Assembly: GCA_002269645.1 (NCBI GenBank)
Contig: NIVC01000757.1
Location: forward strand, 1 to 64,000
Source: Macrostomum lignano
Taxonomy: Eukaryota
DNA length: 64,000 nt
Direction: 5' to 3'
Position numbers and translations under genes: made by a program. Positions within the stretch are counted from its first letter, which is position 1; each line of letters begins with the position of its first letter. The notes below the pieces were generated by a model, which worked only from the letters and a program-made list of their open reading frames with translations, had not been told where the DNA came from and did no database searches. Shown here one piece after another: positions 1 through 11,900 of the stretch.

Positions 1-837
1 AGTCTGTGTACAACAGCACTGGCTATGCAATTCCATGTAGGCATATCTTTGCTGCTTTTGTAAGATCACTCTTGCCCTATACCGTATTGATGCAGAACCA
101 ACGAATATTCCTGATTCGACCTAGTTCCCCAAAAACTTTGTCGGTTGAACCCGTTGGGTCCATAAATATTTATTGCTTTGCGAAGCTCTCCCCACCTGTC
201 TACGAGCTTGGAGACAATGCCCAAGTGTGTATGGCGGTGCAGCGGGACTTCAACGCGATGGCGATTGACATTTTAGTGCGAACACTTGCTATGTCGATCA
301 GAATTGTAAAGTTCTGCTTCGGAATTAAGCGTCGAGAGGCTGAACGAGAAACAGCTGATGTGGGCAGTAAAAGCAGTTTTTATTGTCAAACAGCATCGCC
401 GCTAGATATGACTGTGGCCTTCCTTTCTACTAGACTTTCGATGTGTCTTTACGTCAGCTGTCTCGTTTTAATTGCTTATTTCTACTCTGAGATCTTACTC
501 TCAACTCTTTCATTTACTTTTCTATAATCTCTAGTCGTTAACCTCTATAGTTATAGTCTCCGATCTTTAGTGTCTAACCTCTTAGCTTCTGATCTCTAGT
601 CTCTAATCTCAAGTCTTTAATCTCAAGTCTAATCTCAAGTCTCTAATTTTAAGTCTATTCTCAAGGCTTTATTGTCTAATATCTAATCTCTAGTCTCTAA
701 TCTCTAGTCTACTAATGCTTGTATGTTTTCTATCTAGAGAATCTCTAGTACAATGCAAATAAAATATTATTTTTATTTTGTTTATACTTTGTGTCAGTCA
801 ACAGTTTCTATCGAAGCTTTCCAACAAGAATTAAGCT

Positions 838-1110
838 AGGTCGGGGGTTCGATACCAGATCCTACTGAAACAATGTCACTTTGAGCAAGACACTTAAACT
901 CCTGCATTGCTGAATTCAGTTCACCCAGCTGTAAAATGGGGTGCCAGCATTAGCTGGGGTAATTGAGGCTGTGTGGCGACCCCCCAGTCCTTGGACTGAA
1001 CAGCCGTACGCAGCCTTCAGATGCGCCGCGCAATAGCTGCGGCTGAGCTGTCGGTTGCACATCTGGCCATTAGGGCAGGTGTAATCAATTATTTTATTAT
1101 TGTTATTACG
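838..1110 (+). mobile_element. tRNA-derived SINE, family A (CORE/MIR-like central domain), 5'-truncated copy
   Basis: B-box-like ggttcgatacc, then CORE-like gtcactttgagcaagacacttaaac...cagctgtaaaatggggt, then an (ATT)n-like tail. Homologous to copies at 30381-30648, 49670-49992 and 52239-52475. Confidence 0.8.
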
Positions 1111-1182
1111 CGCTCGTATTAACATTATTAGTATTAGTAATAGTAGTAGTAGCAGTATTATTCCCAACAAACAAAATCGCAG

Positions 1183-4100
1183 TTTCGCCAGCCATCTGGA
1201 GATGCTTTTAACCAGGGCGGAATACCAAGCCCAAATGGATGACGTCCTGATCAACCTTGACAGCGTGATCGACACCTGCAGAGGTTTGTTATTTGTTATT
1301 TTTCAACTGTCACTATAATTTTGTTAAGAACTTATTTAACTTGATAAGGTCATTGATTTTAGATATTCTTCATTCTCAAAGTCTACGCGATATACTGCAT
1401 CTGATACTGAAGATCGGTAACTATCTGAATTCCGTAAGTTAACGTGTTTAAATTTGTTTTAATCAAGTTTAGTTGGCTCAGTTTGGTTTCTTTTACCTGG
1501 TTTATCAGGTTTTTATCTGGTTTAGTTTTTTTGAGTAGTTTGGTGGTAAATTTAACATAATATCTTTCAGATCTTTTGTTGACATATAATTAATAATTTT
1601 AATTAGCTTTAATTTAAAAACGTTAAGTAAATGTAGATAATTTAAATTTAGATCAGTTTTGTTCATATGTCTACTTCGGAATTTTCTTTGGGTTTTTTAT
1701 TTGAAATTATCCGATTGTATAGTTATTAGTTAAGTTTAATTAAGTTTAAGTTTAGTTAGCTGAGTTTTCTTTTGTTCAATTTAACAAAACTTAGTTCTGA
1801 GTTTATTTCACTTTGGTCAAGAATTTAATTAGGTTTAATACGGTTTAGATAGATTAGATACCTTATTTTACTTTTGTTTTTTTGGCCTAATTTTTTGTTA
1901 TAAATTAATATTAATAATAACTAAATATTGTTTAGGGCGCAGCTCAGCTCGGAAATGCCTCCGGCTTTCGGCTGCACAGTCTAACAAAACTAGGAGACAT
2001 CAAAGCGGTGGCAAACAGCCGGTTGAGCCTTCTCACCTTTCTATACGAGGTGCGCTCGCCTAATTGTTTGCCATACGTAATAGTTAATACGTCGCATTCA
2101 TGCCCCCAAATTTCAGCTTGCGTGGTGTCAAATTTCACCATAAAATTACGTATTTGCTTCTTCCGAAGACTGTCTGCATTATGCATTTGTGCATTCTACC
2201 GGACGTGTCGGTTAATTACGACATGGTAGTAGAATAATATTATACATGTATACTATAATCTCAAACTTGCAGGCAGTTGTCAGGCAGAATCACGAATTCC
2301 TACTCGAGTTGAAGTCTTCTATGCCAAATCTTTCGTCAGCTGTTAAGTAAGGATATTTTTTATAGTTTCCTTGTATGTATCCCTTTAATTTCGAGTTTAA
2401 ACTCACTTGAGGCAGTGGGGCGTTTACGTGTATTAGAGACGGCCACTACACTTCAGACCCATTGGACTCTCTGAATTGGCCCCTGACACTCATTTTGGCA
2501 TCTCTGACTCCCACTGCCCCCCCCCATGACACTCATTTCGGCATCTCTGACTCATTGCTCCCCATGACACTCATTTCGGCATCCCTGACTCATTGCTCCC
2601 CATGACACTCATTTCGGCATCTCTGACTCATTGCTCCCCATGACACTCATTTCGGCATCCCTGACTCATTGCTCCCATGACACTCATTCCGGCATCTCTG
2701 ACTCATTGCTCCCATGACACTCATTTCGGCATCCCTGACTCATTGCTCCCCATGACACTCATTTCGGCATCCCTGACTCATTGCTCCCCATGACACTCAT
2801 TTCGGCATCTCTGACTCATTGCTCCCCATGACACTCATTTCGGCACCTCTGACTCATTGCTCCCCATGACACTCATTTCGGCATCCCTGACTTTCATTGC
2901 CCTCCACGACACTCATTTTACCATCTCTGACTCTCATTGCCTTCCATGACACTCCCTGACTCTCATCTCGGACCCCCTGACTTTCATTTCGGCGCTCCGA
3001 ACACAAATTTTGACGCTGAAGATCTCGACACTCAAAAGCTTGTTAAAAAGCTACGCTCGTAGCATTCTAGAGGGGCATGCATTCTTATTATTTGCTATAT
3101 TGGCCCACAGGATCAACGTAGAAGTCATTAGCGGCGATGTGGCCAGCTTTCTAGGCCGAATCGGTCAGATGCAGACTCAGCTGAGGCTGGTCACTGAGGA
3201 TTTCCGGCACAGCATGGCTCCATTTTTGCAGGTTGGCGACTTTATATCTTTTCAAAAGTACTAGTTTTATGACGTAATATGTCACGTGAACTTAAAACGA
3301 AGTGTACACTCAGTTTTTGGCACTACGGCAAAATGCCACAGCGGCTAACGCCCACTGACCTCATAGATCACGTGACTTACATGTACATGTATAGGGACGT
3401 TTCGTGGCCGATTAATCCAATAAATCACGTGACGTATGCGACGTCATTCTACTTTTAGAAATCGCGACACGAACTGCAGCTGGCGCAGGAGAGGCTGGAC
3501 ACGCTGCATCAGGAGAGAATCAATCTGGCTGAGTACTTCTGCGAGGAGAGGGGCACATTTCAGCTTGGCGACTGCTTCAACATTCTGTCTACTTTCTTAA
3601 CCAACTTGGACCAGGAGCAGACAAATTATCTGAACACTTGCAACGGCAGCAAAGACATCGTAATTAAGACACTGCTAAAAAAGCCAGTTCCGCAGATCGC
3701 AATTCGTCTGTAACAGTTCTGTAGATCACCAAGTCTGATCTCCAAATGTTCTTTAGATCACCATCTCCGACGACTTCAATCCAGATCACTTCACGTCCTG
3801 TAGATCACTAATCCCGTGACCTTCACCTGTTCCCAGAGCAGAGACCCTAATCCTCGTATTTGCATCAAGCTCACAACTCCGAATTCTTTAATTACCAAAA
3901 ACAGGTAGCGGAAAAGCGTCGTGCAACGGCCGAAACAATCCACTGGTACCGCCTCGCTACGCGACGTTCAGAGCGTCTCCATGTACTTTGAGACCGGCGG
4001 CTCTGCAGCCACTCTGCCGCCTCAGCCGGCTGATGACGCGGCGTCGTTAGCTTCCGTGGACAGCGGCATCTTTACTGATCAAAACTCTTCCATGTCTTCG

Positions 4101-5527
4101 TCCTCGGCCGCGTCAACTGCAGCATCATCGACGTCCTCCTGTGAGCTGGAGGCTGCCCTTCGCCATTTCGCCGTCTCGACCATCGCCGGAGGTCGTTCGA
4201 CACGGCGTCGTCGACGCACGGCGTTCGGCGTCGGCGGAGTTGACGCCGCCGCCACTGATACCGCTCAGAAGCCGCCGCCAACAGCGGGCCAGCGACGCAG
4301 CTCCTCGGTAGTAGCAGCCGCGTCGGCGTCCCACGAGCTACTATACGCTCGGATCCTCGGCATTCGCCTGCAGGCGGAGTCAGCGCAGCCGCTGCCGCCT
4401 CCGCCGGAGCCAGAGGTCGATCGGGCCGTCGTCGAAATCGTGCCGCCGTCCGCGGAGCCGCCCTTGTCGATGGTTGCTCGACGCCGGCCGGAGCTGCGCG
4501 CCGGTCCGCCCGTATCGGCACCGCCCGGGACCGCCGGCTGCCGCCAAGCCGCCGGTCCCGCGGCGCCGAGTCCCGCTCGGCCTGTCGACGTTCTCAACGA
4601 GGATCCGAGCGTTGCCGAGTTGAAATTCGATGAAGCGCTTGGCCTTTACCTGCTGAGCTCGCCGCCGCCGCCACCGTCGAGGCTGCCGGTGCTGCAGGTG
4701 ACTCCGGCGCCGACTCTGCTGCGCGCCTCCATCGGTGCCGGTGGTCGACTTGTTGTTAGCCGCGTTCCTATGGCAACAAACACGCCGGGTACTTCCGGCA
4801 CCGCCAGCGCCGCTCTGTCGCCCGTAGCCAATCGAAAATCTTCGGGATCGGACAGCAGCGACGCTTTGCGTTGCGTACCGCAGACCATCGTGCACTCGCT
4901 GTTCCAGCGGCGCGGCGGAACGAACAATGTTTCTAAAAGTGGACCAACCGGAAGCAAGCAAACCGGAAGTGACCAACGGAAGCAACTGAAGCAAGAAACC
5001 GGAAGTGGAAGCAAAAAAAAGTGACCAACCGGAAGCAAGCAAACTGGAAGTGGACCAACCGGAAGCAAGCAAACCGGAAGTAGACCAACCGGAAGCAAGC
5101 AAACGGAAGTGACCAACGGAAGCAAGCAAACCGGAAGACCAACGGAAGCAAGAAAACCGGAAGTAGACCAACCGGAAGCAAGCAAACGGAGTGCACCAAC
5201 CGGAAGCAAGCAAACCGGAAGTGCACCAACGGAAGCAAGCAAACCGGAAGTGGACCAACCGCCAAGTCAACCTTACCGAAATCGACGCCGCCGCCGATGT
5301 CGCCAAGAGCGGCAACAAAACTGTCAACATCCAGATCGGCGTCTGTTTTTGAGCGTCTGACTTCGTCGACAGCATCGATGTCGGTTTCTTCGACATTGAG
5401 GTCGCCCAAAACGACAACGGACAAGGAGCATCAATCCTCCATAAGAAGGCAGCAATCGCAGCCGAACAGCCGCAGGTCAACCCCAGTTGCTACCCGGAAG
5501 AAGAATGCAGCTCAGAAGCACAGCTAG
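1183..5527 (+). CDS. Formin (C-terminal half of the FH2 domain plus a long low-complexity tail, INF2/FHDC1-like); 5' part lies outside the window
   Basis: GT-AG exons read by hand with consistent phases: 1183-1283, 1363-1433, 1936-2049, 2273-2346, 3111-3231, 3459-3659 (this donor is less certain), 3909-5527. FH2 motifs: HLEMLL, ILHLILKIGNYLNS|G, GNASGFRLHSLTKLGDIK, LAEYFCE...DCFNIL. The last exon breaks frame inside a repeat (4938-5261). The probable true C-terminus ends SVFERLT...AQKHS* at 5527. AATAAA at 5615-5620. Confidence 0.85.
2480..2990. repeat. Intronic minisatellite, ~39-40 bp unit (ccccatgacactcatttcggcatctctgactcattgct), about a dozen copies
   Basis: Tandem units visible in the formin intron 2347-3110. 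Confidence 0.9.
4938..5261 (+). repeat. ~30-bp tandem repeat inside the last formin exon (ccaaccggaagcaagcaaaccggaagtgga)
   Basis: Bounded by direct copies of agtggaccaaccg at 4938-4950 and 5249-5261. Confidence 0.9.
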
Positions 5528-6901
5528 AATCGGAATAGTTTCCGAGCATAGGCTGAGACTGAATATAGAGACGTCTTGGTTGAGCCAAGAATTTTTTATA
5601 CTTCCTATTTCTACAATAAATATCCCGATCTAGCTACTTCAAAAAATTTCATGTATTTACAATTCAAATTCTTAGCTTTGATGTTGCGGAGACTTCTACG
5701 ATGCAAATGGTTTTAGTTGGATAATAATAACACAGGTTATTATTAAGATTTTTAACATGCCTTCCGAATCGTCTACTTTGCTAAATTCAGGATTGTACAG
5801 TCGTGCAGTAGTTTAATTGAGAAAATATAAGCAGCTTCGTCGGCATGTTTTATTAATAATTTCAATAATTCTGCACTTTTTTACTTTTAAATTGTTAATT
5901 GTCTATTTTGTTTCTTTGCTTGCTTCCGTTTCTTGTTTAAGTGTGTATGTTCATATACTTTTAGTTATCTTGTCTGTTGCTTCAATAACTATTTTTACTT
6001 TTACTATAATGACCAAAATTTTTCTCGTTAAAACTGTTTTAACAGTAGAACTACCAAGGGGCGGGGGGGGTTGCTGCGCCAGAACGGAGCAGCACAGGGG
6101 CACCATCCGGTGCCTGGTGTCATCTGTTGAAGGTGCCGACGGCGTCGGGGTAGTGACTGAATGCTTGAGAGACTAGCTAGCTGACGATGTCCAGCAGTGG
6201 AGGCTTGCCCACTGTCGAGGCTTGATCAGCGAAACTCAAGAGATTTGCATCAGAGTGTCCATAGAATTGCTTTGTGCCATCTGTTGAAGGCCCAGATCAA
6301 GCTCCGCCTGGGTGAAGGCCAGTGACAAACGTGCCGGTGTCAAATGAAAATTTGCAAGATCCCTGACAGCTGGAAAACAAATTTAAATTTTGCCTTTTAA
6401 TCATCATTTACATGTACATAGATTAAATTTATAATTCAATACGATAAAAAACAAACATAATGCTGTTTTATGCCTCGCTGATGTACTTACTTTACTTCAA
6501 CTGTTTAGCACTTCTAGAGAGGCCAGTTTTTTTTACTTTCCCATCATTGTTCAGAGTCGGAGAGATGATGCCGGCAACTAAAGCATTATGCGTACATGTT
6601 GCTTCAATTGATTGTCTCTGCAATAAAGCTATCGATTACTACACAGATACTAGCTCGTAGATAGACTAGTTATTCTAGCTAGTAGTAATAGTGGTCTATT
6701 TTAAAAATCAGAATGTAAAAAGGAAGTTAGTAAAAGGTACAAATGTAGGTTAAATTGCACAAGGAGTATTCTTGTCTCAACAACCGAGGTATTTGGGCAC
6801 TCATTAAAATTCTAAGGAAATTAAGATACTAAGAGAAATTAAGAAAATAAAAATAACACCTTTGCATCGAAATAAACAATTATTATTAACACATTTTGTT
6901 T

Positions 6902-8416
6902 CCTCCGCCCTGCGCAGGGCCCTGCCGCAGGGACATCAGGGCAGTGACCATGGCCCTCTCGGGTCATGGCTGTTTTGCCAGGCATCTTTACCTCCAGGGA
7001 AAAATCCGCAGTGAGAAATGCCCATTCTGCCTCTCCGGTGTTGAGAATGCGGAGCACTTCATCTGTGAATGCCCCGCCTTTACTCAGGACAGGCTCACCT
7101 ACCTCGGCCCAAACCCGGACCTCTCCGACGTTTTCAGGCCCGAGAATCTCTACCAGCTCGTTCGCTACCTAAGGGCTACCGGGCGAGCGACAATCCACCT
7201 CCTGGACTCTCCAGGAGGTGGCCGGCCGTGCTGCGGACACCGGCACAACCAGTACTCCCTGAGGTATGGCGCAGCGCGAAGAGCGCGATCCCGGGTAGAG
7301 AGAGCATGGTCCATTTGCACCGACAGGTGTCGGAGTCGTCTCCACTTGCCCTACGATTCTCGCGGGACGAAAGCGGACCATATTGGAGACTCTCCAATAG
7401 GCCTCGATAGATCCTGGGCGTGATCTTTGATCCGAAGATGACGTTCAGCCATCACGTCAAGGCCACTATCGAGAAGGCCCACAAACGTAACAGCGTCCTC
7501 CGCTGCTTGGCGGGTAGCAGTTGGGGCAGCTGCAAGGAGCTGCTGCTCAACACCTACAAGGCCATTTCGCGCAGCATCCTCAACTACGCTGCTCCTGTTT
7601 GGGGACCTGACATCTCGTCCACCTCCTGGAACGGGCTCCAGTCGGTCCAAAACGCGGCCATTCGGTGCATCACCGGCTGCACCGTCAATACCTCTGTTGC
7701 CGACCTTCACTGCGAGACCCGGATGCTCCCGGTCCAGCAGCACAACAGGCTCCTGTCTCTCCAGTTCCTCCTGGCTTCTCGCCGTCCTGAGCACCCCTGC
7801 TACCACCTTTTCGCCTGCCCGGCCCCGCGCCGGCGCATGAAGCCGTCCATTTTTACCGCACCATTCTTTGACGATTCCTGGCAGCCAGTCGAAGCCCCGG
7901 CGGTCCTCGACGACGCGGCAGCCTGGGACAGGGCGAGGCGAGCTCAACACTCGCTCATCGTGCTCAATCACATCGACGGCCTACCTCCTAACCGCGTCGT
8001 CGGCCTTCGCCCCGACGTCTGCGATTCCGAGCGTTCCTTGCCGCGTCGGACCCGCTCTCTGCTCGCCCAACTGCGCTCTGGCTTCAGTCCTATGCTACGT
8101 AGTTACCAGCACCGGTTGAATCCTGAGACGCCTCCAAGCTGTCCTGAGTGCGACGCGGCCACGCATGATTGCCTGCATCTTTTAATTGCCCGACTCACCC
8201 CACCGAGTTGGTGCCTTCTGACCTGTGGCGCAACCCTGTTGAAGTCGCTGAGTTCCTGTCGCTGCCTGTCCAGCGCGACCCTGGCGAGGGTTAAAAACAA
8301 CAACAACCAGTACTCCCTGCGCGACACCGCAGCACCAGCTGCCCGTGGTCGCCAGGGGTTATCGAAATGGGCGGCAACGCTGTTTTCGGACTCACGGAGC
8401 GCCCTGCAGCTAAGTC
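6902..8416 (+). mobile_element. 5'-truncated non-LTR retrotransposon (LOA/I-group-like, C-terminal CCHC region plus 3' UTR), interrupted by a nested LINE
   Basis: SGHGCFARHLYLQG...CPFC...ENAEHFICECPAF. 3' end gccctgcagctaagtcaa is shared with 35880-35905 and 47162-47190. 14-bp TSD aacacattttgttt at 6888-6901 and 8417-8430. Confidence 0.85.
7262..8302 (+). mobile_element. Nested 5'-truncated non-LTR retrotransposon (I-group-like; RT C-terminus plus zinc-finger region)
   Basis: ILGVIFDPKMTFSHHV...YKAISRSILNYAAPVW...LQSVQNAAIRCITG; LAQLRSG...CPEC...HDCLH; (AAC)n tail. TSD acaaccagtactccctg at 7245-7261 and 8303-8319 (5' edge overlaps the tail). Confidence 0.85.
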
Positions 8417-8749
8417 AACACATTTTGTTTTTTTGGATTCCTGTCTTCGTTCTTTATTCAATTATCCAAGTAACTAGCTATAGGATTGGGAATTGTCGGG
8501 AAGCCTGGTGACCGAACTACCAAATCAAACCAGTAATCCTTTTACAGAATAACCAGAATCAAAAAGAAACAACCCGATTGCCCAGACCGGGCAGTCACGC
8601 ATACTTGTTTTATTTCTATTCAACAATTTCTACGCCCCCAAAAGACCCGGGGACAACTGCAACAAGCTCGCGTATATTTCTTCTTGTGTGTGTACTTTCA
8701 TCCAGCTTCATTTGATAAATCGGATATTAACGATCATTCAATGCCAGTC

Positions 8750-9013
8750 TTAGACCTCGATGCACCTCTGGTACTCGGAGGCTGAGCCGCCGCATCCGGA
8801 CACCAGACAGTTGGCAATCTTGGCCGCGGTGCCCAGCTGCTCGGCGTTGCATCGGCCCTCCATCAGCAGCTCGGTGAGGCACTGGCGACTCTCCTGAGTC
8901 AGAGTCATGCAGTTGAAGTCGTAGTCAATAGTGGCGTCATTGTCCGCGGCAAACTGAACGTCGGCCTTGGCAACGGCGACCAGAAGAGCCAGGAGCATCA
9001 GGGAGAAACGCAT
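8750..9013 (-). CDS. Small secreted cysteine-rich protein, 87 aa (signal peptide, acidic segment, 6 Cys); family not recognised
   Basis: GC-rich ORF in AT-rich flanks. Hydrophobic N-terminus MRFSLMLLALLVAVAKA|D. Candidate 5'-UTR intron 9111-9029 (GTGAGT...TTTCAG). TATAAG at 9155-9150 and TCAGT initiators at 9135-9127. AATAAA (minus strand) at 8614-8609. Confidence 0.75.
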   Translation of the reverse strand: MRFSLMLLALLVAVAKADVQFAADNDATIDYDFNCMTLTQESRQCLTELLMEGRCNAEQLGTAAKIANCLVSGCGGSASEYQRCIEV

Positions 9014-9126
9014 TTTGTCTGTTATTGTCTGAAAGGCGGTTGAGATCTTTATGAGAGCCTAATTGGTCGGAAAGCTAAATTGAAACAAAAAAGCCACGAG
9101 TTTTTACTCACGAGAAAGAGGATTTT

Positions 9127-9155
9127 ACTGACTGAAGTTCTTGCTCTCGCTTATA
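9127..9155 (-). promoter_or_regulatory. TATA box plus initiator of the small secreted peptide gene
   Basis: Minus strand tataag followed 22-26 nt later by tandem tcagt motifs, upstream of the 5'-UTR intron. Confidence 0.55.
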
Positions 9156-10169
9156 GGAGAAGTTTCGGATTATAACTTTATTTCGTGGAATCTCTACAGC
9201 TTGAGTTTTATACTCAAGTTTTCCAATTGCCAAGGCTTATCAATGCCGAGAGTTGCTTCCGTTGGAAATCGGACAATTTTCCGTTAGCAGCTATAATTTG
9301 ACAGTGTCAGATAACGGTAAATTACTGCAGCAGACATTCTTCAATACTATTCGATTAGAAAATCATTATAAGATTCGAGATTCGCTTGGTAGCACACAAC
9401 TGGCCAGCTACACAAATGCAATTGGTAGAGAAGTTCATTCGGAGCCAGCAGTTGACATTTGACAGCTGGCTTTGGTTCCACGAATTTTTTAAGCTTTTAT
9501 TGAAACTGCATTGTCTGAGCCTATATTAATTAAATTAGCAGCCGCAAATTCTTAGAGCAAAGATGTCTATAATTAACTGACTGACGCGTATTTTGCACTT
9601 TTTTATTAATTGGCATAACCTACGCATACATGCACGTAAATACGTGCTTGTGATTTTTTAATTATCGTGTTTTTTGCGACTGTAGACCGCATTTAGTTAA
9701 ACAGTAGAACCACCTATTATCCGCATCATAGTAAAATGTCAGTTGCGCTTGGGAGTTTTAATTTCTTGGAGGTGTACATATATAGCTTGTATTTACAGTT
9801 AACTATCTTAAAAACACAGCTCAGCATCATTAATTATTCAGTTAGAAATTTGCTCAGAATCTCGGTTATTATATCAATTTTATGGTAGCTGGGGGGAAGG
9901 ACTCTACATGTACATGTACGACTAAATGCCGACATATTACCACAGGCACTTGATCGTTTTGGCTACATATACACTGCATGTACGTTGTAGGACCTCAGGC
10001 ACTCGCATTTTGGCGCCTTGAAACAAATTAATTTCACTGGGGGTGGGGGGGGGGACATGTTCTCCTGTCTCCCCGGTGGCGACGCCCCAGCAGTCGGTTA
10101 TGTGACTAAGGTATGAGGTTCACTCGGAAGATGAAGAGAATATGGAAGAGTGCATTATATAAGCTTTTA

Positions 10170-11900
10170 GTAGTACGGATATTTCTGTCACTCTATACAC
10201 TAAAAGCTCTGTAAGGAGGCCCGTACAGCAATCCGACGTTCCCGGTCTATCGACGTCGACCGGTCTATCGACCGGCCAGCTGTAGGTGCTGGATGCGCAG
10301 CAGCTGGCTGGGTCGGGAGAGCTGGGCCCGACGGTAAAGCTCGTCATTGCTGGTGTTTTTGGTGGCGGTCGGCGAGTAGTGGACACTGTAGGCGGCTCGT
10401 AGAAGTCCAGCGTGAGCGGCCTCGAGTTACCGCTCCTGCGAGCCGGTCAGCGTTTCAGCATTGTAAAGAAGGACGGTTTCTATGACTGCCTGGAACAGCC
10501 GTCCTCTCAGCCGATCCGGCAACGCGGGGACAGTCCGCACGGTGCGAAATGCGCCCCAGGCAAGCACCCTGCGCCGCGCTATGTCGTCCATGATGCTTGG
10601 CACTAGACCGTCGGGGTAGATAAATTATTTGCAGCGGGGCAACAACGCCACCTGCCCGTTCGTGCAGCGGCAGTAGATCTCAGCTGGGAGGTCCGTCGGT
10701 ACGGTCAGCACCATTGTCTTTTTGGTGATCACGGACAGTCCGATCGCAGCGGCCGCCGCCGTCAGCTGGTCTAGCAGGCGTTGAGCTCCTTCAGCTGAGC
10801 TAGACAGCAGCGCTAGGTCGTCCGCGTACGCTAGGAGGGAGAGTCGCTTCTCAGGGTATCGCGATCGCCTGCTTGTTCTGCGACAGAGCAAGAGAATCCG
10901 TTTGAGTTGTCAGGGTCAGCGACTCAGTCCAGGACCAGGACGAACAGAAAAGGGGCCAGGTGTCCCCTTGGAGAACGCCGGAGGACGTGTCGAAAAATTT
11001 GGAAAGGCCATCCGCGGTGTCACAACTGCCACCCTGGTCTCCTGGTACAGCCGTCACAGCCGTCACCAGCTGCTCAAGCACGTGATACGCACGCAGGATA
11101 TTCACGATGACCCTCCGCCTCGACACCGAGTCAAAGGCCTTCAGGAAGTCCATGAAGATGCAGATGATGGTCCAGGTCGACTGGTGGATGCGGGCCCCTC
11201 CTAATTAAAATGCGGCGTAGAGCGAGAATTTACATTGTAGGTCACAGTGCCTCTCTGCCTGTCCGGAATCATGTTTCTGCTCGCGCCGGAGGAACGGGTC
11301 CAGAACCGGCTGCAGCTGCGTGACAGCAGAACCCTGTTAAATAGTTTGCCGCCGTGCAAGACATTAGTGAAATCCGGCGATGCACTTCGATCTTGACGGA
11401 GCCTGCAAGAAATTCTTTGGGATCCCGACGATAGCTCGTATGTGCAGTCCGCCACTCAGCAGGGGCGGGGCGTGACTTCCAACGCGACCTGCGCGCAGCA
11501 CTTCGAATGGCATGTCGTTGTCGGGTCGTCCTAAGCCCTTGTTGCCTGGAGTTTTCTTGTAAGTTGTAGCACCTCGTCGATGGTGATGGGGCCTGCTGGT
11601 GTTAAGAAGCTCCTCTGGCAGCGCAACCTCCGCCGTGGACAATGATATGACGATTCCAATAGAAGATCAGGTCCACAGGTCGTTTCGCCTCTCAGCTTCT
11701 GGCGTGTCCACCCGCCAGGTTCAGCGCTTTGCATCTCTTGCGGCCTGTCAGCTGATAGACGACCGACCAGACGCGGCACCCGCGGTTTTTTTGTCTCCGC
11801 TAGTCTCCCTCTTCCTTCTCCGCAGGCTGTCCACCCCTCCGCAGTCTTTCCACTGTCATCAGGGCCTGCTGCAGCACTTCGTCGTTTCTGCCACACTTGG
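10170..11900 (-). mobile_element. Decayed RTE-clade-like non-LTR retrotransposon (reverse transcriptase region), with frameshifts
   Basis: Fragments KLFNRVLLSR, DFLKAFDSV, GVLQGDT, LAYADDLALL (YADD at 10828-10817), TKKT. Pieces fall in several frames; ends are approximate. Confidence 0.85.

Noticed and set aside
6-527. 173-aa ORF beginning with a SWIM-finger-like GYAIPCRHIFA
   Set aside because: Non-ATG start, only a partial motif at the window edge, the rest matches nothing I recognise, and it lies in a probable formin intron. Possibly a MULE remnant, but unsupported.
4939-5250. Treating the formin VNTR as a GT...AG intron
   Set aside because: The donor (GTGGAC) is weak, there is no polypyrimidine tract, and splicing would select the less plausible frame (MDQPPSQPYRNRRRRRC...) instead of the SVFERLT-containing tail.
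8750-9013. Calling the 87-aa peptide an attractin, saposin or odorant-binding protein
   Set aside because: The cysteine spacing does not match those families and there is no IEECKTS-like motif; left unassigned.
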